A stretch of 64,000 nt of DNA. It comes from Eledone cirrhosa (Eukaryota). The translations under genes were made by a program, and so were the position numbers. Below are positions 14,411-28,552 of this stretch, in pieces. Location of the stretch: positions 1,240,001 to 1,304,000 of the forward strand of contig OZ024760.1 of assembly GCA_964016885.1 (NCBI GenBank), written 5' to 3'. Position 1 is the stretch's first letter. Every line of letters begins with the position of its first letter. The notes beneath the pieces are model-generated. The model saw only the letters and a program-made list of their open reading frames with translations. It made no database searches and was not told the DNA's origin.

Positions 14411-14706
14411 TTACCACACTCCCCCGGGGCGCTGAGGCCTAAGTGGGAAGTAGAGATGATATGATAGTATATTAAATATCAAATGATACAAATTATATAT
14501 AAATATAGTAAAATAAAAAAATATATTTATCTATACATAGTATATACTATATTATTTATTATATATAAATTAATGATTTTATTTATTATATATTATTTAC
14601 AGTGTGCGTGTAGGCAGGTCTCTCTGGAAATAGGGTTGGGGGCGCTGAGGGTATTATGTGGTCGTGAGAGGTGCGGCGGCGGCCCCAAAACGTTTGAGAA
14701 CCTCTG
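14390..14706. mobile_element. hAT-type MITE
   Basis: TIRs CTGAGGTCCTCAAA / TTTGAGAACCTCTG; 8-bp TSD TGC(C/T)AGGA (14382-14389; 14707-14714). Confidence 0.75.
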
Positions 14707-14864
14707 TGCTAGGAGATCCCACCGACAGATAGGATTATAAACGGACAGACCAATGGAAACATCGTTAGCTCGGTTCGATCTAACAAGCAGCTCCTTTCTT
14801 TTCTCCTGGCCTGGAGTTTCCACTGATAGATAGTATCAGCAATGGAAAGACTAATGAAAACATA

Positions 14865-15054
14865 CTGTATTTCCCGGCGTCCAAGACGCTACTTTTTTCC
14901 CAAAATAAGTCTCAATAATCTACCATGGGTCCTGGAGGCCGAAGGTTGTTTATTATTATTATTATTTTTAAAAAAATGTTTTTTTTTAATTTTTAGTTGT
15001 CAAAATTAGGGTGCGTCCTCGAGGACGAAGCGTCTTCAGCGCCGGGAAATACGG
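14865..15054. mobile_element. TcMar/pogo-type MITE
   Basis: TIRs CTGTATTTCCCGGCG..AAGACGC / GCGTCTT..CGCCGGGAAATACGG; TA on the left side. Confidence 0.75.
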
Positions 15055-15569
15055 TCCTTTCCTTTATCCGATCTGATGATCGTCACTTTTCCTTCTTTTC
15101 GACAGGAATTCTGACTGACGGATAGTATCAGGAATTGAAACATTGTTTCCTTGGTTCGATCTCTAACAATCCCTTTTCTTGCCTTTTTTTTTTTTTTTAA
15201 GCATCACATCCTAGCTTTTAATAATTCCGCCAATCCACCCAACCCAACCCCACCGCACCCATGCTGGACTGGTACTTTATCAACCACTTCCTCAACCCCA
15301 CCCTACCCCGAAAGGATGAAAGGTGCAAAGTTGACCTCGGCGAGATTTGAATAAAACAGGGCGCAGGACGGGGATAAATTTACTTTGGAAAAACCTGCTA
15401 CGGGGTAAAGAGGCCAAAAAGGTTGCGGAAAGACCCTGCTTTATTTAGGCTAGTTATTTCTGGTTGTTATTGAATTGTTAAGGAAGGGCATGAAGATCAC
15501 AATTTCCATTCTCTGCAATGCATTGGTTAAAAAATCTTTGTAGCTCCATAAATGTGTGTATTTCTAACG

Positions 15570-16112
15570 AAATAAACTCTGTTTCATTTAAATATTGATG
15601 AAATTTTAGGGATTTATTGAAACTATTAAGATATTAGCTTAACAAAAGGTTATTATGAAAAAAATTATGTTGGAAGATTTAAATTTAAATAGGAACCTTG
15701 AATTTTAATTAATTAATGAAGAATTTTGAGGAATTTAGGAGAATTATTAAGATAATACATTAACAAAAGGTTATTATGAAAAAATCATGCTGAAAAATTA
15801 AAATTTAAATTTAAATAGGGGTATCTCTGTATTTCAATTAATTAATGAAGAATTTTGCAGGATTTACTAAAATTATTAATTATTTCATTACTAAGATAGG
15901 ATCTTAACATATAGTTCTTATATAAAATAATCTAGGAAGATTTTAATTTAAATAGGAACTCTTTAAAATGGGTGGCTTTGTTGCTCAGAATCAACGCCTT
16001 GTTTGGGGCGTGTTGGTATCAAAAGTGTTGAAGAGGAGCCCTTTAAAATGGGTGGTTTTGTTTCATAGAATCAGCGCCTGGTTTGGGGACGAGTTGATAT
16101 TCAAAGGGTTAA
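15570..16112. repeat. Degenerate MITE-like region with internal duplications (3 x about 120 bp, 2 x about 83 bp)
   Basis: TTAACAAAAGGTTATTATGAAA and CTTTAAAATGGGTGG repeats; ends AAAGGGTTAA like a piggyBac-type terminus. Confidence 0.55.
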
Positions 16113-16283
16113 ATAAATCGGGGTTAAAAAAAGAGGGGAAGGTGTCTATAATTCTTAATTGAAATGGGAACCCCTTTTTTCACGTTGCTCCATATATTAC
16201 TGACTCATAAACGTCATCCCTTCCAAGTATTTATTTGTCTGTTTTTGTTTTGTTTTTAAGTATTTTATTTGATACACACACAC

Positions 16284-16322
<39 letters not shown>

Positions 16323-16377
16323 TATTATCTTATATAGTTTGAATTGTTAATGTTTGGTGGTTGTATATACATATAAG

Positions 16378-16440
<63 letters not shown>

Positions 16441-16935
16441 GTGTGTGTGTAATACACACCCACATATATTACATAAATATTCAATACATACATACAGACA
16501 TTTTTATATTGTATAAATGTATATGCAATATACATTACACGTATAATTGTATATAATATATATATACACATATATATATATACATGTTTATACTGTCATA
16601 CATGCACGCATATATGCACTGTGTATATATCATATATATTATATAATATTTATATATATAAACATTTTACATATACTATATATACACACATATATCATGT
16701 ATATTATATACACATTTTATATTTCATATCACATTTATATATTATATATTTTACATATATTTATATATATACATATTATATTTATCATATACATTATATA
16801 TACTTTGTATGTCTATATATTATGTATATATAATATATACTTTATTTGTATATATTAAATATACGTTATATATACGTACACACATGAATATATATATATA
16901 TATATATGTGCATACATATAAATATATATATATGC

Positions 16936-16966
<31 letters not shown>

Positions 16967-17120
16967 TATATGTACATACATATATATTTATTTATTATAT
17001 ATTATATTCTATACGTATGTATGAACATTTTATATTTTTCATATGTTCATTATATATACGCACAAACATTGTAAACATTACATATATATATATATATATA
17101 TTACAAAACATAATATATAC

Positions 17121-17165
<45 letters not shown>

Positions 17166-17198
17166 CAAAACATAATATATACATATATGCATATATAT

Positions 17199-17254
<56 letters not shown>

Positions 17255-17350
17255 AATACATGTGTGTGTCTGTATGTGAAGCGCATCCTGCGATAGTTTC
17301 TCTTTAACTACAATCTCCACCCCCCACCGCCCCTTAAATATGTAATAATA

Positions 17351-17488
17351 ACAATGATTTCTACAATAGGCACAAGGCCAGTAATTTTGGTGAAGGGGAA
17401 AGTCGATTAAATTGACCCCAGTACATTACTGGTACTTTATTTTATCGACCCCGAAAGGCAAAGTTGAACTCGGAACGTAAATGGCCGT
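17351..17488 (-). mobile_element. tRNA-derived SINE (family 1) fragment
   Basis: GGCACAAGGCCAG and TACTGGTACTTTATTTTATCGACCCCG. Confidence 0.75.
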
Positions 17489-17495
17489 ATTATTA

Positions 17496-17533
17496 TTAGT
17501 AGTAGTAGAAGCAGTAGTAGCAGTAGTAGCAGC

Positions 17534-17571
<38 letters not shown>

Positions 17572-17592
17572 CAGTAGTAGTAGTAGGAGTAG
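17496..17592. repeat. (TAG/CAG)n microsatellite
   Basis: Direct reading. Confidence 0.9.
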
Positions 17593-18002
17593 TAATTAGT
17601 CACCAATAGAAAACAATCAATCCTTCTAAGCTGGTAAACGAAAACATTTTGAAAATTATAAAATGTCTGGTTTTGGTGGGGACTTTGTTTATCGTTCATT
17701 CTTTTTGTGATTGTTAAAATCCTGGGTTTTAGTTGGGCCCCAGAATAATTAAAAAGTAAACGATGTCTGTTATCTGTTTGTTGTTGAGAATTAACTCCAC
17801 CAAGACAAAGCGGCAGCGCTGGATTTTGTTATAAGCTAAAGGAAGCTACATGCCGCTTAGGCCCTCAATATCTGCAAGGGCCGTCATTTATAGCTACGCC
17901 CTTAAAACCCGCCTACATATATATTCAACGACCTCAAAATCCGCAATGATTTATAGATTACATACAGCTTAGATCCTTAAAACCTTAAAATCCACATGTA
18001 CC

Positions 18003-18040
<38 letters not shown>

Positions 18041-18044
18041 TAAT

Positions 18045-18230
18045 TATAGAAATGGCTTCTACAGGACTAGAACTGTTAAATTCGGGAGAAATCATCAGGG
18101 CTTCCTGATGATTTCTCCCGAATGAAACCGTTCTAGTCCTGTAGAAGCCATTTCTATATTAAATAGTTATACTCTGCTATGTATTGAGTACCCTACTTAC
18201 TGTGGTTAACCCCGATTGAACTCGGGATAA
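18045..18230 (+). mobile_element. Family A fold-back fragment
   Basis: Arms 18045-18099 and 18104-18158 with GCTT spacer; CTGATGA at 18105, GAAAC at 18124, GTC at 18136. Confidence 0.7.
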
Positions 18231-18834
18231 ACTTTCATATATATATATGTATATATATATATATAAATACACATATTTAAAACGACAACAGAAGGTCGGA
18301 CTGGAAGATATGGTGGGTGATGTCCAAAACGTCGAGTACTTTATTAATTAGTTATATCATGATTTGCCTACTAGAACCACCGCTTCTACATATATATATA
18401 GTCTGCGAGGGTTTAAATATATAGCTAATGCTCTTAAAACACGCGAGTGCCTACATAGGTATCCCACTAGTTCAAAATCCCCAGGGACCTACATTTATAT
18501 CTTACGTATTGCTTAGATCCTCAAAATCCACTAGGGTCCTCATAGATTATGTTTTCAAAATCCACTTGGGCCTGCGTATATAGCTTACGTCCTAGAAGGC
18601 CTCTAGATAATTTAAGAACACATTATGTTTATAGTTCGCCGTTAAGAATGAACTCCAATGAGAGATAGAGGGGTGGTGTTAGATTTAGGTACATGCTTAA
18701 CAAAGCTACATTTAACTTTCGCCCCAAACTTAAAAAGCATATTGTACACGTATTGTATGAGAATTTCTGATGTATATTCTTTTATTTTTCCTTTGCGAAG
18801 GGTTCCCAAATTTTATTGATATTAAGGCTTAGAG

Positions 18835-19503
18835 CAGTCGCCCCCAATCTGTTCACCACCAAGGATCCCATTTATTGAAATGGATCTTTCCATAGATTCG
18901 GGGCTTTTTTTCTTTTGAAAAGCCTGACTACTCAACAAGCTGACGGTCCCACTAGCGCGGCATGGTCAAAGGGTTAAGGAGTTTGCTTCGTAATCATTAG
19001 GTCTCTGGTTTGACTCCATTGCGTGACATCCAAGATTTGTGAGGGAAATTGGGTAGTCGAAAACTGTTTGGAAGCCCATTAGATGGACTGTCTTGTAATT
19101 CAAAGGGCTAGCTTTGTGACACATTGTATTACCCTGAATTTCTCTGAGAATTACATAAGGGTACACGTGTCTGTGAAATTTTCATCCATTTACTCGTTAA
19201 TTTCATGAACAGGCTGAAGTAAAATTTGGGTAGACGGAAACTGCGCAGAAGCCCGCCAAATGGACTACTATGTACCTGTAATTCCAAAAGCCAGCTCTGT
19301 CTGTTACATACTGTATCATGCTGATTCTCCTTGATAATTACGTTAGGGATACAGATGTCTGTGGAATGCTCAGCCACTTACACGTTAATCTCGCGAGCGG
19401 TGTTTTATGTTGATCGTACTACTGAAGCAATCGTCATTGAAACTGACGGAGGTCCATTTCATTCTATTACATACCTCTGTGGTCATAGGTTTGGAAACCG
19501 CTG
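18835..19503. mobile_element. hAT-type MITE containing SINE-like inserts
   Basis: Perfect 8-bp TSD GCTTAGAG (18827-18834; 19504-19511); degenerate TIRs CAGTCGCCCCCAATCT / AGGTTTGGAAACCGCTG; tRNA-like head at about 18955-19020. Confidence 0.65.
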
Positions 19504-19904
19504 GCTTAGAGCTTCACCAGGTCTAAATCTGGCACCAGAGGGCGCAACTGTTTATAGCTGAGAAGCTATTGTGATGTCATTCATGTATTTGTTGTCGACG
19601 GCAAAAATCACCCCAAGACTTTGTAGAGAATTAATTTAACCAACTGTTTATATTTATCCGAAAACCTTCCATTATAATTTTATATAAGAACTTTTGTTGT
19701 GTTCCAAACACCAGCTTAATAAAAATAATTAGTATTGTTACTAAATAAAATACTTTTATAGTCGAGATTATTGACACATGGTGCATCTTGGGCATTTAAA
19801 ACCCGACGGGGACCATCACCTCTCTCCCGATTTGATCACAAACAATTTTTTTCTTCCAGAGAAGAATAGAGTAATAGAGAGGAAATGAGAAAGAGATACA
19901 GATG

Positions 19905-20075
19905 AAAAATCGACCCCAGTACTGCACTGGTACCTTATATCGTATATCGACCTCGAAAGAATGAAAGGCAAAGTTGATGTCGACGGAATTTCTAATCTCA
20001 GAGCACAGAGAGCCGGGGCGGACCCCCCGCCACGTATTCTATCCAACGTTCTAATAACTCTGCCTATTTGCCACT
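19905..20075 (-). mobile_element. tRNA-derived SINE (family 1, diverged)
   Basis: TATCGACCTCGAAAGAATGAAAGGCAAAGTTGA. Confidence 0.7.
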
Positions 20076-20568
20076 ATTTTGTCATGTTAAGTTAGTTAGT
20101 TCTCTCTACAGAGTCTTCGCTGTAGTACACTTCGTTTCTATACGCCAGGTGGTGCTATTAAATTAGACATGGCCTGGGCAGAAACCTATCACAGTTATCA
20201 AAGTAATACTTCAACAGCAGCAACAACAACCATTTATGACCATGTCTATCTATGTCTTTAAAAAATCTAAAGTCTCTCTCGAGCTCTGCGGCTCATCAGG
20301 TCAGTGCTTATATCCCCCCCCCCCCCCGTACAGGACGCCAGTTCATCGCAGGGTTAAACTCCCAGTTATTTCTTCTACTCATTTTCAGTTGAGTATACTG
20401 CATCTAGATTAAGTTAATGTTTCTCATGTTAAGTTAGTTAATTCTCTCTACAAAGTCTTCGGTGAACATCAGTTCGTTTCTACACGTCAGCACTTCAACA
20501 ACAACAACAACCATGTAAGACCATGTCTATCTATGGTCTATGTTAAACTACCTCTGTCTCTACGTTAA

Positions 20569-20756
20569 CCCTTTAGCATTTACACCGGCCGTATCCGGCC
20601 AGAATTCTCTCACCTCTTTCTGTTCAAACCGGTCGTAACTGGCCACTTATACTGATGTTAAAGTATTGTTCTCAAAATCTGAGATACGTTATGTGAGGTA
20701 AAGCCTTCACCGTGAAAATATAATAATAAATATAGAGTAATATAAATGCTAAAAGG
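20569..20756. mobile_element. piggyBac-type MITE
   Basis: TTAA on both sides; TIRs CCCTTTAGCATTTA / TAAATGCTAAAAGG. Confidence 0.8.
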
Positions 20757-21679
20757 TTAAGTCAGTAACGTCTATTGCCTCAATGATTGTTTAAACTGAT
20801 TCGGTCGCCGTAACCTTTACACAATTTTCCTAAAAAATCGCGAGTCCCATACCTATGTTTTAACGGGTAGATTTTTATCACTTATACCCACACCCACCTC
20901 CCAGACGGGTGTTATAGTGTTTTCGTGTGTAGGAACCATAGAAAATTAGTTATTTACGACAGCTTTAAAGTCCATATTCATTCGAAATACATTAAAAGAT
21001 CACAAGAAAAACACAAATGTCACCTTTAAAATTGTAACCGAACCTATTACAACCTACCTAACTACTATTAAATTTTTACTATTACAGTCGTCTACGAGAC
21101 AGGTGTGTAATAATAAGAATTTACGTTTTAACGATCAAACCTCACTACCTCCATAATTCTATTTAATAAAGCAATATATGACACGAAAATTGTATTAAAG
21201 AGAGAATTTATTCAGATGGGAAATATAAATATATTATTCTGTTTAAATTTTATTAAAATTACCTCCAGAATGTTTTGTGAAACATTTTATTTTATTTTAT
21301 TTTATTTTATTTAAAAGCACCCCAGAATTTGGAGGGGTGAACAATTTTATTTTATGAGGGGAGATGGGGTTATTTAAAGGCACCCCAGAATCTGTTGAGG
21401 GAGAACAATTTTATTTTATTTTATTTAAAAGCACCTCGGGATTTTTTCGTGGGACTCTAGTTTGCCTCTGGACCTAGTTTAGAAGAAAACTTTGTTGTAA
21501 AGAATTATCTTAGATAGAAATGTCTTGGATGTTTATATGGTGTATTTTGTTGTTGTTGTTGTTGCGTGTGAACGTGTAGAGGACCAAAGGTAGGATATCT
21601 AAGATACATCAAACAGATCGTTACTTTGCAGTAATTATCCCTCTGGTTGAGCCTGCTTAAAGAGTGAAGCTGATTCGAG

Positions 21680-22270
21680 ATTTAACCCACACAAAGAGGG
21701 TTTATATCAGTTTATTAACAGGAATTAGCCAACAAAAATACAGAGGGATTCCAGCAGTTTATCAACCGAGAATTGACCAACAGAAAGGTAGGGGTCACAA
21801 CAGCTTACTACTAAGAACTAATCCATAAAATTACTTAGGGATTACAACAGCTTCCCGCTAGAAATTAACCCAGAAAAAAAACTGGTTTACAGCAGGTTGT
21901 TACTGGAAATTAACCCACAAATTAACCCACATTTATTATGATAGTTAATTACTAAAGTTTAGCCCACAGAAAGAGGGTTTGCATTGGATTATTATTGTTG
22001 ATTAACCCACAAAAGACAGAAGATTTATAGCAGGTTATCACTGCAAATTAACCCATCGGAAGAGAGGGGTTTATAACACTGTGTTGCTGACGATTAGCCC
22101 ACTGAGAGTTTATGGCAGTTTGTTAACCGAAAATTAACCCAGAAGAACGAAGGGTATATAGGTTTCTTAGCGAAGGTTTAACACATAGAAATAAACAGGG
22201 TTTACAAAGGGTTATTTACCCACAGAACCAGAAGGTTTTAAAACAGTTTGTTGACAAATAATTAACCCAG
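21680..22270. repeat. Old degenerate tandem repeat, about 55-60 bp
   Basis: Recurrent AATTAACCCA(C)AGAAA..GGGTTTA..GCAG. Confidence 0.65.
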
Positions 22271-22662
22271 GTCTGTTGTCTATCATTACAGTCTAAAACA
22301 AACCGGTTTGGTTTACATTAGCGTCCCTTTACCGCGTAACATAGCGGATTGACAAACAGACGTCGATAAAATAAGTATCATTGCTATTATATGTGTATAT
22401 ATATATATTATGTATATATATTATATAATATATATACATAATATATATATATATATATATTATATTATATTATATATATTTATATATGCGAGGTTGACTT
22501 TGCTTTTCATCCTTACGGGGTCGATAAAATAAAGTACCAGTAATGCACTGGGTAATTGCTGGCCTTGTGCCTAAAGTAGAAACAATTATATATATTTATA
22601 TTATATTTATATATATTATAAATATATATAGGTAAGTTATTCCGGGTTAAATCGGAGGTAAC

Positions 22663-22694
<32 letters not shown>

Positions 22695-23189
22695 CGTGTG
22701 TGTGTGTGTGTGTATTCATGTGTATGAGAGTATGTGTGTTTTTACACACACACACACGAATATATATATATATATATATATGTATGTATTAATGTGTGTG
22801 TGTGTGTATGTGTGTCTACATATATATTTATATACATATATACATATCAGATATTGTCCGTCAGTAAGTGAAGCTGTTGTTAACTAGAGCCAACGTGGTG
22901 TATGTGTGTGTGTGTGAGATGAGTGTGTCTGTGTGTGTCTGTGTGTGTGTGTGTGTGTGTGTTGCCTCTTTAAATATGTTGTAAGGAGAAAAACAAACCT
23001 TTGTAGCATTGAATCTATTGTAGCATGTATGATGTTTAGTATTTTAACACATAGACTCTCTCTCTCTCTCTCTCTCTGTATATATATGTGTGTATATAGA
23101 GTCCATCTATCTATCTTTCTCCCTCTAGTATTGCTGTTAGTGTTTTAACATACATATACATACATACACGCTTGACAGTCTCTACAAGT

Positions 23190-23251
<62 letters not shown>

Positions 23252-23288
23252 GTTATCACCATGGTTTTGTAATTATCTCCTCTCATAC

Positions 23289-23358
<70 letters not shown>

Positions 23359-23488
23359 CAAATTATAAATGCATTGATAAAATAGACAACAATATACCTA
23401 TTTTTTCTTTATATATTATATATATATATATGTGTGTGTGTGTATATATGTATATGTAGATATATATATGTATGTGTGTGTATATATG

Positions 23489-23523
<35 letters not shown>

Positions 23524-23782
23524 ATATGTATATATAGATTTATAAATGTGTGTGTATATATGTATATATAGATATATAAATGTGTGTGTGTGTATTTGTA
23601 TATATATGTATGTATGTATGTATGTGTGTGTGCGTATGTATATATACACACATACATATCATGGGTGTGTGTTTATATTATATAATATTCATTATATATA
23701 GATGTGCTATATATGTATTTATTCCTGCCGTTGAAAATATTGAAACATTGACTGATTCAGCACTCAATACTGGTGAGTGGAG

Positions 23783-24292
<510 letters not shown>

Positions 24293-24476
24293 ACATACAA
24301 TTTATATATAATCTCTCTATATATATAATTTATATATGTATATATATATTATATATATATATATTTATATATATAATCTATATATATATATGTTTATATA
24401 TATAATTTATATATATATATATATAATATATATATATATATAATCTATATTCTATATATATACGATATATGTGTGC

Positions 24477-24511
<35 letters not shown>

Positions 24512-24513
<2 letters not shown>

Positions 24514-24612
24514 AGGTGTCCCCAAAAAATGTATACACGCTTCAACAGCAGTCTAATAATTATTGCCTGTACAGGTAATCAAAATGTGTATACATTTCTT
24601 TGGTACAGCCTG
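24512..24612. mobile_element. Tc1/mariner-type MITE
   Basis: CAAGGTGTCCCCAAAAAATGTATACAC / GTGTATACATTTCTTTTGGTACAGCCTG; relatives at about 9611, 10607 and 35408-35478. Confidence 0.65.
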
Positions 24613-24680
24613 TGTGTATAAACATATATATATACACATACATATTGTGTTTGTTTGTTTGTTTGTGTGTGTATAGTGTG

Positions 24681-24725
<45 letters not shown>

Positions 24726-24974
24726 CACATTCACATAGGTGTATTTCAACATAAGATTTCTTTTGTTGTTTTTTTGTACCAATGTCTGTTTTTGATTATT
24801 TTTTTAACCTGTGAAATTTTTTTTATGTTGGTAAATGGCTTTTTCTGTTTTTATTATTATTATTTTTTATTATCTGGCATCAAATGTAATAGAGAAAACA
24901 CTTAACACATTTATATGATGTGTGTACATGGATATGTATTAGATATATGTATATACACTTGAACGTATATATAT

Positions 24975-25166
24975 ATAGGAAAAAGTATAACCCCGACGGC
25001 AGAGCTCAAGCCGTTTCGACGGCTATTTCTGGACTGAAATAGCCGTCGAAACGGCTTGAGCTCTGCCGTCGGGGTCATACTTTTTCCTATTGCCCACTCT
25101 ACTACACGAAGTATTGAGTACTCTGGTGCGTTATGGTCCATCTGGTTCCTTACCACAGCTCCTTTG

Positions 25167-25167
<1 letters not shown>
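24975..25167 (+). mobile_element. Family B fold-back fragment
   Basis: About 55-bp arms around TGGACT; GAAACGGCTTGAGCTCTGCCGTC. Confidence 0.7.
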
Positions 25168-25208
<41 letters not shown>

Positions 25209-25259
25209 GTAGACACATTTACATAAGCGCACACACACACACACATCACATTACACACG

Positions 25260-25305
<46 letters not shown>

Positions 25306-25468
25306 CATGCACACAAATATATACATCATACATATATACACATATATATATATACATACGTAATCACACACGCACAGATTTCCTGTGACACAATGTAAAA
25401 TGTTTATATGTATGTGTATACTTGTTTTATATATATATATATATATATAGATAGATAGATACATACAT

Positions 25469-25537
<69 letters not shown>

Positions 25538-25554
25538 TAGATACATACATACAT

Positions 25555-25621
<67 letters not shown>

Positions 25622-25782
25622 TAGATACATACATACATACATACAAATATATATATAGAGAGAGAGATACATATATATATATATAGATAGGTACATACAA
25701 ATATATATATATATATAGATACATACATACAAATATATATATATATAGATACATACATACAAATATATATAGATACATACAT

Positions 25783-25849
<67 letters not shown>

Positions 25850-26016
25850 TACATACATACAAATATATAGATAGATACATACATACAAATATATAGATAG
25901 ATACATACATACAAATATATAGATAGATACATACATACAAATATATATATAGATACATACATACAAATATATATATACATACATACACACAAATATATAT
26001 ATATATATATATATGC

Positions 26017-26057
<41 letters not shown>

Positions 26058-26265
26058 CACACACACCAACATTTGGCAGTCTTGACTGCTGAACACAAAA
26101 ACCCTACCTTCGTCGTAATGAAGAATACAAGAATCTGATGGAGTCTGATATAATAATACAAGGTGTTTTTTTTACCTGAATATACACTTGTAATCTACCT
26201 TCTTAATATTACACAACACTGACGGCTGACGTGTAGCTGTGTGTATGTGTGTGTGTGTGTGTGCG

Positions 26266-26296
<31 letters not shown>

Positions 26297-26349
26297 GTGT
26301 GTGTGTGTGTGTGCGTTTGTGTCTGCTTTTATATATACATATATGAATT

Positions 26350-26382
<33 letters not shown>

Positions 26383-26392
26383 GAATTTTTTT

Positions 26393-26425
<33 letters not shown>

Positions 26426-26493
26426 TGTGTATGAATATATATATATATATATGAATTTGTCTCTATGAATATATATATGAATTTGTCTGTATG

Positions 26494-26524
<31 letters not shown>

Positions 26525-26533
26525 GAATTTGTG

Positions 26534-26568
<35 letters not shown>

Positions 26569-26723
26569 ATGTATATATAGATATATGTGTATGTTGTTGT
26601 TGTTTAGATCCCAGGTCAGTCTTGATCCGACAGATAAACCCAGTATTTAAGGTATTCTTGTCTTCACTGCCGACTCATTTTTTTTTTTTTTGCTGTTGTT
26701 ATGTAAATACATAGATACATGTT

Positions 26724-27270
26724 GATGGCTGCCCCCTCGTTATCGAGTATGGCCATTGCACGAAACAAACAAAAAATTTAAAAAAAAGAACACACATATA
26801 TATATTAATCATTAACGGTGCCGCCATCGAATGTGGCTTTTTAGCCCAGCCAATGATCTAAAACAGGCATGTCAAACTGGGGGGTCCCATGAGGGCCACA
26901 TAAGTCACATGTTGTCTGAGGGCCACATGAGTCACATGTTGTCTGAGGGCCACATGAGCCACATGTTGCCTGAGGGCCACACATGACAACTAATTGCGCT
27001 CATTACAACTAATATTTTTTATTTTATATTACGCTCGCGCTGTAAAAACTTTGGTGCGGGCCGCAGGTGTGCTTGTTAAGGGCCGCAGGTGTTGCTTGTA
27101 AAGGGCCGCGAGCCGAGCCGCATGTTTGACATGCCTGATCTAAAATGTCTTGCACAGAGTTGGTAACCAAAGGATTCACTGACAATAGCCGGCTGTGGTT
27201 GGACTTCATGTACATTTGTATGTCGTTTGAGCCCTCCTGCTCATCTACACTCTCTTTCACATATGCCTAA
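26724..27270 (-). pseudogene. RTE-type LINE 3' end, interrupted by a MITE
   Basis: Removing the MITE and one TSD restores ICERECR*AGGLKRHTNVH...[20 protein letters not shown] (C2H2-like C-terminus), then the 3' motif GGCCATACTCGATAACGAG. Confidence 0.7.
26864..27137. mobile_element. hAT-type MITE
   Basis: TIRs CAGGCATGTCAAAC / GTTTGACATGCCTG; perfect TSD ATCTAAAA; internal 27-bp tandem repeat. Confidence 0.9.
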
Positions 27271-27280
27271 TAGGTATGAT

Positions 27281-27335
<55 letters not shown>

Positions 27336-27565
27336 TACATACATACATATACATACATACATACATACATACATACATAGTCTACAAATGGCTGCGATAG
27401 CTGGCGCCTTCAAAATTTGCAAAACATTCTTGCGATTCAAGGGATGACAATTTCTTTTCTTTTACAACCTTGCCACCAGTAAGCTGGCCGGTCAAAAAAA
27501 TATACTCGAAATTAAGAGGAAAGAGAAAACATACATACATACATACATACATACATACACACACA

Positions 27566-27965
27566 CATGGTAGCTACCAACTCGTTTTCGAGTACGGCCA
27601 CTACTTTATATCCATGTAGGAGAACCCCTACCGATGCGCTGAACGAGTGTGACTTTTTAGTCCAGCCAGCGACTTGAAAACTCTGGTACAAACACTACAC
27701 TTGTGACAATTATTGACACACAGTGCTGGGCCCATGGTACCATGTGGCGACAAGTGCAGAGAGATCTCCAGATATAAAGCAATGCCTGTGCCGTGAAGCT
27801 GTTATAGTGAGCAAAGGCACTGCACAAAGCCAGTCCCACTCTCTCAACCAAGATGATATTTACCAAAAAGAAGAACAAGTCAACATCATTGGATACCATC
27901 AGGGCTGCAGGTGTTATATCAGAGTTTCCTTCTAGAATTCTGCCTTGACAAAGGCTAAGGGTTCA
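27566..27965 (-). mobile_element. Non-autonomous bipartite RTE-derived element
   Basis: RTE 5'UTR-like GAAGGAAACTCTGA joined to [17 protein letters not shown]-coding 3' part and a (TATG)n tail. Confidence 0.75.
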
Positions 27966-28552
27966 TACACACATATACACATACACACATATATACATAC
28001 ACACATATACACATACACACATATACACATACACACATATATACATACACACATATACACATACACACATATATACATACATATATATACATACACACAT
28101 ATGCATACATACATACACATATATATATACATACACACATAATACATACACACATACATACACACACATACATACATACATACATACACACATACATATA
28201 CACACACATACATACACACATATCTACATACATACACACATATATACATACATACATACACACATACATACATACATACATACATACATACATACATACA
28301 TACATACATACATACATACATACATACATACATACACAGATACACACATACACTCGCACGTATAAACATACATACATACATAATTGTTTCTACGTTAGGC
28401 ACAAGGCCAGCAATTACCCCAGTACATTACTGGTACTTTATTTGATCGACCTCGAAAGGATGAAAGTCAAAGTTGACCTCGGTGAGATTTGAACTCAGAG
28501 AGCAGAGAATATACATACATGCATGCATACATAATACATACATAATACACTA

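Noticed and set aside
13716-14464. Repetitive ORFs, or a CRISPR-like array
   Set aside because: Head-to-tail 39-bp units with no unique spacers, no cas genes and a eukaryotic context
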